A DNA stretch of 11,442 bases from Coleofasciculus chthonoplastes F2-STO-03 (GTDB lineage: Bacteria; Cyanobacteriota; Cyanobacteriia; Cyanobacteriales; Coleofasciculaceae). The translations under genes and the position numbers were made by a program. Below the pieces are notes generated by a model, which saw only the letters and a list, made by a program, of their open reading frames with translations, was not told where the DNA came from and ran no database searches. The stretch spans positions 1-11,442 of the forward strand of contig JAVJWO010000112.1 in NCBI GenBank assembly GCA_040222015.1, written 5' to 3'. Below, one piece after another: positions 1-6,675 of this stretch (positions are counted from its first letter, which is position 1; every line of letters starts with the position of its first letter).

Positions 1-129
1 GAGGATGCTTCGCTTTTGTTGCATGGGGGAGGACAGAGGATGCTTCGCTTTTGTTGCATGGGGGAGGACAGAGGATGCTTCGCTTTTGTTGCATGGGGGA
101 GGACAGAGGATGCTTCGCTTTTGTTGCAC
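1..129. repeat. 35-bp tandem array, at least 3.7 copies and cut by the window edge, inside the lanM reading frame
   Basis: Unit GAGGATGCTTCGCTTTTGTTGCATGGGGGAGGACA starts at 1, 36, 71 and 106 (partial). Full copies are identical and there are no spacers. Confidence 0.97.
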
Positions 130-2314
130 GGAAGGGGGAGAATTCAAAGCCTCTCTCCTTGTAGGAGAGAGGTTTGGAGAGAGGTTTGGAGAGAGGCGCG
201 ACGAATAAATATAAAGAACTCCGGATGATGGCAACTTGTTGAGCTAAATCATCCTGATTCAGGCGCTGGATATTAGCAATCATCTGGGTATAACTGGGTT
301 GTGCGAAGCATTGCACCATCACTTCACTCTTCACAACTGGCAAAGCATCGCTATCTGAATCGGCGGCAAAATAAGGGATATCTAACTGTTCCAGCGTCTG
401 TAGTTCTGCCTTGAGAATCCTCCACCAAGGATGCTTTAAATCTGTCCCCAGAAAAGGTCTGCACAGAACCTCCAGTTCAATACTATGATCTACACCATCC
501 CGCAGATATTGAGGATGCAGCGATTTTTGCAGTACAGACGCATAAACTTGGGTAGGACGAAATAGACAACGCACTCGCTGATGGGATAAGGCTACCAAGG
601 GGCCATCAGTCGCCAGGAGTGCCTCCCGGTGTGCGACCAAAAACCGATACTTATGCTCAAAGCCATCCACGAGTTCGTTAACATACTCGTTTGGGGATGG
701 TATCACCCCTGCCAGGGAGGGTGCATTGGTTTGACTTGACATTTTGGCAGTTTCATGGGTTAAAACCATGCGATCGGTGTTAATGTTCTCCCACTTCGGT
801 ATCTGATCGGATGTTTCCTGATTGCCAAATCCTGCCAAGCCACTTAGGTCATAAGCGGTTCGTTTATCTGACCCCAGATGCCAATGGGGTAATAAACCCG
901 TCCCCATCACGGAATCCATCAATCGCCGCTGCGCCAGGGATACAGCCTCTGCTCCCTCTTTCCTGGCTTGACCGGCAATTTCCCGGAATGGGTGGTGCAT
1001 TAACGTTTCCAAATCCACCAAAACGGGGTGTTCACCCCAGGCAATTAAGTTTTCATGGTGGCAGTCATTTGCCCCCAAAACATAGAGCAAACATAGCAAT
1101 TGACCAGCCCGCTGGTAATAGCGCTTGATTTCTGCTGGGTTTTGACAAGGCAAATACTCGACAAATTCTACCCAACCATAAGTGGCGCGATTTAGGACTT
1201 TGAGTAATTTATAGGGTTGTAGAGACGGGAAATGTGGCGACTGGATAAAATGCTGATTACACCAGTTCAGGATGTTAAAATAAGCGACATCCAAGCCTAA
1301 GTCTTTAGGTTTATATATCAGTTTCAAACCTGATGTAAAGCTCACCTCAATCACAGCTCGTCCCTGATTGTGAGGATCACTTTTACAGGGGTTGATGCTA
1401 TTGACTTGACCTAATTCCATGTCTGGCTGGAACGTTTGCTGAATGTTTGACCAGTCTGCTGTTAATCGCTGGATAAATTCCCCTGTGGCATCCACCCAAA
1501 AGTCGGTTACTGTTGCTACTAATCGAGCCAAGACGGGGTAGTCTTGAAAAAATGCCAGTAGCCCCCCGCCTGGGAGCATCTGTTGGATAAATGCTCGATA
1601 ATGAGTTTTGGTATAACTATTTTGTGATTGTCCCAGTAATCGAGATAGAGTGGATTGTCGCTTCGCCCGAAATGCTGAGAATTTCAATTCCATTGAGGAT
1701 GAACAGAGACTGGATAGTGAGACTAAAAGACTCCGTTCAAGATTGGCACAAGCTGTTGCTGTTAAGCTAGGGTAATTATCGCCAGTTAGGGCAATTAATT
1801 TATCTCTGGCAACTTGAATAAAGGGCAGAAAAATTTGTTCAAAGGGAATGGGATTTTGGGGGTCTAGAAAACTATAGGCTTTTCCCGGTTCTAGGACATC
1901 GGTCAAGAAACCGGGTTTCTTTGGGTGAAAGGTTGATATGGCGTTGTCATCCTCACTCTTAACCCGGTTTCTAGGAATACTTGACTGACGCTCTAGGGTT
2001 TCTATTGAAATTGATGCGGCGGCTTCAATTCCGGCTTGGAAGGTTTCTACCCAGTTGGGTAATTTCTGAGTACCGCTGAGGGAAATATGACCCAGAATAC
2101 GGCTAACGGTGCTGAGATTTATGTTATCCCAAGCAAGCCGCTTCTGAAATTTTTCTAGGTCTCCTTGTGCAGCAGTTTGACACCATTTTTCCAGTCGGGA
2201 CTTAACAAGAGTATCCTCAGCAGGATTACTGGATATTTCACCAGTGGCTAAACGCTCTGTAAGGCTGCAAGCTTGCTCGACAATTCTAACCAGTTCGGGT
2301 GGCAAGTTGGTCAT
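1..2314 (-). CDS. lanM: Class II lanthipeptide synthetase LanM, N-terminal dehydratase (DUF4135-type) region; 3'-partial, at least 771 codons, no stop inside the window
   Basis: Manual minus-strand translation from ATG 2314 (MTNLPPELVRIVEQACSLTERL...) stays open to base 2. It has the LanM dehydratase motifs SDPHNQGRAV, KLIYKPKDLGLD (YKPKD at 1315-1301), YGWVEFV, YYQRAGQLLCLLYVLGANDCHHENLIAWGEHPVLVDLETL (DCHHEN at 1066-1049), DSVMGTGLLP, FRPTQVY and EQLDIPYF. An in-frame TGA at 2320-2318 bounds the start. The cyclase domain is not visible in the window. Confidence 0.95.
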   Translation of the reverse strand, partial: MTNLPPELVRIVEQACSLTERLATGEISSNPAEDTLVKSRLEKWCQTAAQGDLEKFQKRLAWDNINLSTVSRILGHISLSGTQKLPNWVETFQAGIEAAASISIETLERQSSIPRNRVKSEDDNAISTFHPKKPGFLTDVLEPGKAYSFLDPQNPIPFEQIFLPFIQVARDKLIALTGDNYPSLTATACANLERSLLVSLSSLCSSSMELKFSAFRAKRQSTLSRLLGQSQNSYTKTHYRAFIQQMLPGGGLLAFFQDYPVLARLVATVTDFWVDATGEFIQRLTADWSNIQQTFQPDMELGQVNSINPCKSDPHNQGRAVIEVSFTSGLKLIYKPKDLGLDVAYFNILNWCNQHFIQSPHFPSLQPYKLLKVLNRATYGWVEFVEYLPCQNPAEIKRYYQRAGQLLCLLYVLGANDCHHENLIAWGEHPVLVDLETLMHHPFREIAGQARKEGAEAVSLAQRRLMDSVMGTGLLPHWHLGSDKRTAYDLSGLAGFGNQETSDQIPKWENINTDRMVLTHETAKMSSQTNAPSLAGVIPSPNEYVNELVDGFEHKYRFLVAHREALLATDGPLVALSHQRVRCLFRPTQVYASVLQKSLHPQYLRDGVDHSIELEVLCRPFLGTDLKHPWWRILKAELQTLEQLDIPYFAADSDSDALPVVKSEVMVQCFAQPSYTQMIANIQRLNQDDLAQQVAIIRSSLYLFVAPLSKPLSKPLSYKERGFEFSPFRATKAKHPLSSPMQQKRSILCPPPCNKSEASSVLPHATKAKHP
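130..196. repeat. Cyanobacterial REP-like element with a 12-bp tandem repeat (GGAGAGAGGTTT) and a hairpin, translated in lanM as PLSKPLSKPLSYKERGFEFSPF
   Basis: 12-bp unit repeated over 164-196; inverted repeat CCTCTCTCCT / AGGAGAGAGG at 150-172. Confidence 0.75.
1906..1972. repeat. Palindromic interspersed element (AGAAACCGGGTT...AACCCGGTTTCT) lying in frame within lanM
   Basis: Perfect 12-bp inverted repeat at 1906-1917 / 1961-1972, palindrome AAGAAACC-G-GGTTTCTT at 1905-1921, and a degenerate third copy at 1884-1896. Confidence 0.75.
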
Positions 2315-2339
2315 TTGTCATTGGTCATTTGTCATTGGT
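2311..2339. repeat. STRR-like heptamer tandem repeat (ATGACMA on the minus strand, about 4 copies) overlapping the lanM start codon
   Basis: TCATTTG TCATTGG TCATTTG TCATTGG. Confidence 0.85.
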
Positions 2340-2478
2340 TCGTCCTGGGATAATATTGGGTTGAACAGAATTTATCTTACCCACTCATAATAAATGAAAT
2401 AGGCGAGAATGGATTGATGAATTTTTCTCTCTTAATTGATGGATTTTTGGTTCTGTGTTGGGGAAGGCGGATAACTTC

Positions 2479-3276
2479 TCATCGACCAAACAATTTTTTG
2501 AGTCCCCCCACAGTCTTGGGTTTCTCATAGATATGATCCACAATCCCGCGTATTTCTTTGGAGATATAATGGTCTGGGTAACGCAGGCAGAACAAGTCGC
2601 TGCTCTGTAACTCCATCATTTCTTCACAGTTAGGCAAAACTCCTGCTACCGTTGCATTATAGGTTGTTTCTACTTGTTGCCGGACTGAGTTGATATCGAA
2701 CTTCTGCGGTACTCTGTTAACCACTAGAAGTAGCTTAGCGACGTTCAACTTCCGAGCCACATCGACAGTTACAGCCGTCCCTTGGAAGTCTTGACGATCG
2801 GGACGCAAAATGATCAGCAGGATGTTGGAGATCGTCACGGACAGTAGGGTTTCTTCGTTAATTCCAGGATGAGTATCAATAAATAAGTAGTCTAACTCTA
2901 GGGAGCTCACTAGCTTTTTAAACCCATTATTGAGCAAGGCTACGTTGTATCCCTCCCGCAGGATACGGCTAATTTCACCGATATTCATGCTGGATGGAAT
3001 CAGAAACACCTTGCCCTGATTCTTGCTCACCTCAGGAGGAGTGACATCATAAGCCGTCTCTTCAACCCCGCAGCGATTCCACAGGTAATCATTCAGGGTT
3101 CGCTTTATCTTGGTTTGGTCCATGCCAAAAATAACGTGAATTCCTGGCGACTGGATATCCGTATCGATAATCCCCACCCGTAGTCCCTGGCTGGCTGTGG
3201 TAACCGCTACATTGGCAGTGGTGTTCGATTTCCCAGTTCCACCTCGAAATGAATGAACAGAGACAATTTTCGACAT
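2479..3276 (-). CDS. MinD/ParA-family ATPase (265 aa)
   Basis: Deviant Walker A SFRGGTGKSN, IIDTDIQSPG, Walker B YLFIDTHPG, LLVVNR, C-terminal GGLKKLFGR; Shine-Dalgarno AAAGGAG at 3287-3281. Confidence 0.93.
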   Translation of the reverse strand: MSKIVSVHSFRGGTGKSNTTANVAVTTASQGLRVGIIDTDIQSPGIHVIFGMDQTKIKRTLNDYLWNRCGVEETAYDVTPPEVSKNQGKVFLIPSSMNIGEISRILREGYNVALLNNGFKKLVSSLELDYLFIDTHPGINEETLLSVTISNILLIILRPDRQDFQGTAVTVDVARKLNVAKLLLVVNRVPQKFDINSVRQQVETTYNATVAGVLPNCEEMMELQSSDLFCLRYPDHYISKEIRGIVDHIYEKPKTVGGLKKLFGR

Positions 3277-3680
3277 AACGCTCCTTTAACTCTCTCCTTT
3301 TGGGGTCTATTGCTTAAGTTTTGATGGGCAGCACAACTATAAAGTTCTATCTAATCGCCTAATTCAACTAACTAACCCATCAAAATCAATATGGTTTAGA
3401 ATTGATTGATTTTTTGTTTCACAGCATTTATCTAAAAATTATCGCACAGTTAGGCGTCTATGTGTTAATAATATAATCAAGATGTTCAACAATTTCCCAG
3501 CATCGAATCGAACAAGAATAAATTTTTAGGGCGGTTGGACTAGAACAAGTGGCTACCGACCCTGAGTTTGAGTTGGCACGCCCAAACAAGCCCTTTTGTC
3601 CAAAAAGCAACTAAAAGGGTAACCAGCACTGTAGCGGTGCAACCAACAAAAATTAACCGTGTAAGAGGTCTGATATAAAA

Positions 3681-4535
3681 GTGGTAAGTAATAAGTTATC
3701 TTTACATCGCATAGCACTCTTGGCGTTATTTGTAGAGCTATTGACGACGAGTAGTTTCCCAATGCTGGCTCAGGGGCGATCGCTCAATCAAGAGGAGCTT
3801 GCTTCCTGGAAAATTAGCACTCCTGCAACCCACTTTCCTGAGCATGAGGTAGAGAAGTCTTCGACTCTCCACGCTCAATCAATACGGTTTCCCCGTACAG
3901 GAAAACCTCGTCGTCAAACCGAATCAGGGGGAGTGCGAGGAAGCATCTCAGTAATATCAAACAGCTGTGGCAACTCTACCGATGAAAAGATGGTCGCTTT
4001 GCTGCCTCCAACAGAGCCAGTGCGAACTGTGGCAGAACATCCCACGATTTTGGTGTCTCTCCCTGAACATACTGCCAAACAAGCTGAGTTTTTCCTGAAA
4101 GAGGTTGGCAAGGATGAGATAATTTATGAAACAACTGTTACGCTTCCGGGTGATTCCGGAATTGTTAGCGTTTCTCTCCCAGATAACGGAACGTTGCCAG
4201 CTTTAGAGGTGGGAAAGAAGTATTATTGGTATTTCTTTGTGATTTGTAATCCCCAAGATCCGACCAATGAGCCTTATGTTGAGGGACAGATAGAACGGGT
4301 TGAACCTAGCCCAAACTTGGTGGCTGAGTTGGAAAATGCGTCACCCCGCGATCGCGCTGCCATTTATGCGAAAGCCGGGATTTGGTATGACTGCCTCAAT
4401 AGCCTCGCTCAACTATATCGTTCTGCTCCCAACGATAGCGCGATCGCGTCGGATTGGGCAGATCTGTTAGAGTCTGTTGGACTAAATACAATTTCCCAAA
4501 AACCTCTGATTTCTGCTAGAACACCAGTCCAGTAA
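3681..4535 (+). CDS. DUF928 family protein with predicted signal peptide (284 aa, GTG start)
   Basis: GGVRG...C, MVALLPP, TVAEHPT, LEVGKKYYWYF.VIC, VEGQIERV and IYAKAGIWYD...W.DLLESVGL, as in cyanobacterial DUF928 proteins; hydrophobic N-terminus ending PMLA-Q. Confidence 0.9.
   Translation: MVSNKLSLHRIALLALFVELLTTSSFPMLAQGRSLNQEELASWKISTPATHFPEHEVEKSSTLHAQSIRFPRTGKPRRQTESGGVRGSISVISNSCGNSTDEKMVALLPPTEPVRTVAEHPTILVSLPEHTAKQAEFFLKEVGKDEIIYETTVTLPGDSGIVSVSLPDNGTLPALEVGKKYYWYFFVICNPQDPTNEPYVEGQIERVEPSPNLVAELENASPRDRAAIYAKAGIWYDCLNSLAQLYRSAPNDSAIASDWADLLESVGLNTISQKPLISARTPVQ
3776..3783. other. HIP1 octamer GCGATCGC (also at 4348, 4440, 10591 and 10749)
   Basis: Five exact copies seen; HIP1 enrichment is a cyanobacterial hallmark. 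Confidence 0.85.
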
Positions 4536-4550
4536 TCAGAGCATCTATAT

Positions 4551-4610
4551 GACTTAGGCAAAGCCTCTATGTGTAGGGTGTGTTAGCGTAGCGTAACGCA
4601 CCTTTCCCAC
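4551..4610 (+). repeat. Dispersed repeat family A, copy 1 (GACTTAGGCAAAGCCTCTAT..GTAGGGTGTGTTAGCGTAGCGTAACGCACC)
   Basis: Near-identical to 5429-5488 and to the reverse complement of 9966-10018; internal hairpin GGTGTGTTA..TAACGCACC. Confidence 0.88.
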
Positions 4611-4615
4611 CATAT

Positions 4616-4649
4616 ATTGTAGAGACGCGCCATGGCGCGTCTCTACAAT
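4616..4649. repeat. Perfect 34-bp GTAG-type REP palindrome between convergent genes; possible bidirectional terminator or 3' stabiliser
   Basis: ATTGTAGAGACGCGCCA|TGGCGCGTCTCTACAAT. Confidence 0.9.
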
Positions 4650-4698
4650 GGTGAATCCCCTAATTAATTTTGATGGCTAACTCGGCTTATTGTTGCCA

Positions 4699-5157
4699 TT
4701 AGTCCTTGTTCTTGGAGTCACCGTTTAACGCTCTCTTTTTTAGCAGGAGGCGCACTGTTTCAGCGCTGATGCTCTCCACCAATTGGAGTTGCACTAACTT
4801 TTCAGCGAGCAATTGCGTTGTCCAACAGTCCTTTCCAGGTGGCGGATTACTGGAAGCGGTAGCGATTAAGAACTCTTCTGCTTTTCTGTCTAATTTCTTA
4901 ACAGCCCCTGGACGAGGGCGTTCGTTTAAAGCCAAGTCTAACCCCCCCTCCACAAATTTCTTACGGGTGCGCTCAACTGTTGCCACCCCCAAGTGCAGCA
5001 TAGTGGCGATTTCTTCGTCTTTATGTCCAGCATCCGTTAGGAGTAAGATTTGGGCGCGGCGTAGCTTTCGGGCTGATATCTTGCCTTTTTTGGTTAGTTT
5101 GATTAGCTCTTGCCTTTCAGTTTGGCTTAATTGGACTTGGTGTTTTTGAATCATCAC
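4699..5157 (-). CDS. IS630-family transposase N-terminal helix-turn-helix protein (ORF A only; GTG 5157 or ATG 5154 start); DDE catalytic part absent
   Basis: VQLSQTERQEL, ARKLRRAQILLL, IATML....ATVERTRKKFVEGGLDLALNERPRPG, NPPPG...WTTQLLA, ISAETVRLLLKK; in-frame slippery heptamer A AAA AAG at 4741-4735. Confidence 0.88.
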   Translation of the reverse strand: MMIQKHQVQLSQTERQELIKLTKKGKISARKLRRAQILLLTDAGHKDEEIATMLHLGVATVERTRKKFVEGGLDLALNERPRPGAVKKLDRKAEEFLIATASSNPPPGKDCWTTQLLAEKLVQLQLVESISAETVRLLLKKRALNGDSKNKD

Positions 5158-5427
5158 GGCTAATTGGCACAGACTCTATAGATAAAACGGGAATTTGAGG
5201 ACTGTAAAGTGAGCGGGGAAAAAGCACCAATTACAGCTATTGATAGTTTCTTGATCACCCATCCACTTCTTTTTGCTTTATCTATAGAATAAACATGATT
5301 TTTATATAATGCATTACACTTATCTGCCAATTTGATTGCATAAACCAGCAAGGGGCTTGGCACAATTCAGCCATCAAGATTGCAGAAAACTACATACTCT
5401 CAGTGGAGCATCGGACTCGCTATTATA

Positions 5428-5514
5428 GAACTTACGCAAAGCCTCTATTCGTAGGGTGTGTTAGCGTAGCGTAACGCACCTTTCCCACTTTAAGTGGTGT
5501 CGCTGCGTAAGTCC
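5428..5514. mobile_element. MITE-like element (repeat family A, complete copy) flanked by TA
   Basis: Ends GAACTTACGCA (5428-5438) and TGCGTAAGTCC (5504-5514) are 10/11 inverted matches; TA at 5426-5427 and 5515-5516. Confidence 0.75.
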
Positions 5515-5529
5515 TATATTATATGGGGT

Positions 5530-5571
5530 TGGCGTGTTGCCCTTTCCCCATATTTAGGGGGTAACACGCCA
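5530..5571. repeat. Stem-loop / REP-like inverted repeat
   Basis: TGGCGTGTTGCCC ... GGGTAACACGCCA (13-bp stem with one G-T pair). Confidence 0.7.
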
Positions 5572-5597
5572 CAGTAGTACAAAAAAACACATCATTT

Positions 5598-5622
5598 AGA
5601 CGTTCCGCCGGAACGTCTCTAC
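5598..5622. repeat. GTAG-type REP palindrome, 5'-truncated
   Basis: AGACGTTCC-GCC-GGAACGTCT followed by CTAC. Confidence 0.75.
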
Positions 5623-5636
5623 AACGTGGGAGACTA

Positions 5637-5764
5637 TAAGCTGTCATGCATTTAAATTGGGTATTAGTAGCGAGCAAGATGCAAAGCCTGCGGCATGGCT
5701 TCGCTTAACGCACTACAAGGATTTCACCATTATTGACATTAAGGTTTAAATGCCGAACAGCTTA
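5637..5764. mobile_element. MITE-like element with about 20-bp imperfect terminal inverted repeats and a nested REP
   Basis: TAAGCTGTCATGCATTTAAA versus the reverse complement of TTTAAATGCCGAACAGCTTA (17/20); TA on both flanks; internal GTAGCGAGCAAGATGC...GCACTAC. Confidence 0.75.
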
Positions 5765-5819
5765 TAGACGTTTTTCACTTTCAATTGCCGGGTGAACTAA
5801 TCAGGCTATTGTTCTATTC

Positions 5820-5905
5820 AGTCATCAAAATTAATTTGGAGAGTTACTCTATTTATGCCTGAACTTAAAACACGACTGACTTCATTAGTCATCAAAATTA
5901 ATTTG
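5820..5905 (+). promoter_or_regulatory. Two perfect 19-bp direct repeats AGTCATCAAAATTAATTTG (5820-5838, 5887-5905); candidate operator sites
   Basis: Exact repeat with a 67-bp period just upstream of a sigma70-like promoter; related copies elsewhere in intergenic DNA. The regulatory role is inferred. Confidence 0.55.
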
Positions 5906-5940
5906 CACAATTGTTGTCGTACTAATTTTAAACACAAATA

Positions 5941-5969
5941 TTTACAAAATTACAATATAAGGGTATAGT
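5941..5969 (+). promoter_or_regulatory. Putative sigma70-type promoter for the precursor-tpsA unit
   Basis: TTTACA (5941-5946), 17-nt spacer, TATAGT (5964-5969); each hexamer is 5/6 to consensus, in AT-rich context. Confidence 0.55.
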
Positions 5970-6070
5970 AGATAGTTAGGTAATGCATTAATATACCCAA
6001 ATCAGAACCCGGCTGATTTCAAGATTATACTTGCTCTAATGACAGAGCTTTTTGGATGAATCCTAACTAT

Positions 6071-6185
6071 TGGTGTGGCACACCTTATTTGATGAATTAG
6101 AATGGGAACCCGAAAACCGTAGGGGCGCATGGCATGCGCCCGATTTAATAGTCAAATCTTCCACCATTTTAGGTGTGTCACACCA
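6071..6185. mobile_element. MITE-like element with an internal REP palindrome, directly upstream of the precursor RBS
   Basis: Ends TGGTGTGGCACACCT / AGGTGTGTCACACCA (14/15 inverted); internal GGGCGCATG-G-CATGCGCCC at 6123-6141 preceded by GTAG. Confidence 0.72.
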
Positions 6186-6218
6186 CTATAGCAGTTGCCC
6201 GATACCTAGGAGATTTTT

Positions 6219-6611
6219 ATGTCAGATTTAAATATCCAGTCATTTCAAGCTGAAGACGTATCAGCGGAGGAATTACAACGACAAAAAGCGCAGCAAGTCA
6301 TAAATGAACTGTTTATGGCTGCCCAATCGGATCAGAAGCTTTTTGAGCAACTCGAAGCGGCGATTAGCCCAGAAAAATTGGTGGAAATTGCTGCCAGTCA
6401 AGGGTACGAATTGACAGTAGCGGATTTAGAAAGGCTACATGATTATGACCAAGAGCAAGCACAACTTAACGGTGATGATTTGGATGACGATGAACTCAGT
6501 GAACAGGATTTAGAGCTAGTCGCTGGTGGTTGTAGTGGTCGAAATCCTCGAATTGCTCGAAATTTTCGTGATCGAATTTGCTTCCTTTGGCTAGGGCCAT
6601 GGCGTCCGTAG
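6219..6611 (+). CDS. Nif11-like leader RiPP (lanthipeptide) precursor; 104-aa leader plus 26-aa core CSGRNPRIARNFRDRICFLWLGPWRP
   Basis: Nif11 pattern LF.AAQSDQKLFEQL...SPEKLVEIAASQGYELTVADL, double-glycine motif ELSEQDLELVAGG, RBS AGGAG at 6208-6212, and lanM nearby. Confidence 0.92.
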   Translation: MSDLNIQSFQAEDVSAEELQRQKAQQVINELFMAAQSDQKLFEQLEAAISPEKLVEIAASQGYELTVADLERLHDYDQEQAQLNGDDLDDDELSEQDLELVAGGCSGRNPRIARNFRDRICFLWLGPWRP

Positions 6612-6675
6612 TAATGGCTTGAATCCACCCAAATCAGAACCCCCTAGCGAAAGAATCCTTTGAGGAAACCGCACG

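Noticed and set aside
1..129. CRISPR array (35-bp repeats; also 9476-9600)
   Set aside because: Units are head-to-tail with no unique spacers, and no cas genes are present.
5..228. ORFs 5..208 and 16..228
   Set aside because: Products of the stop-free tandem repeat, antisense to lanM.
811..1128. 105-aa plus-strand ORF
   Set aside because: Antisense shadow of the conserved lanM catalytic region with no recognisable motif.
2479..3276. Calling this septum-site minD or a cobyrinic acid a,c-diamide synthase
   Set aside because: No minC/minE context, an atypical Walker A and no glutaminase domain; only the family level is supportable.
3553..4111. Minus-strand ORFs 3553..3762 and 3914..4111
   Set aside because: Overlap the DUF928 gene in antisense and have no motifs.
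4699..5157. Active IS630 element
   Set aside because: The -1 frame hits a stop within a few codons and no DDE domain is present.
4706..5363. ORFs 4706..5149 (+) and 5160..5363 (-)
   Set aside because: The first is antisense to the HTH gene; the second is a short ORF in AT-rich upstream DNA with no RBS or recognisable motif.
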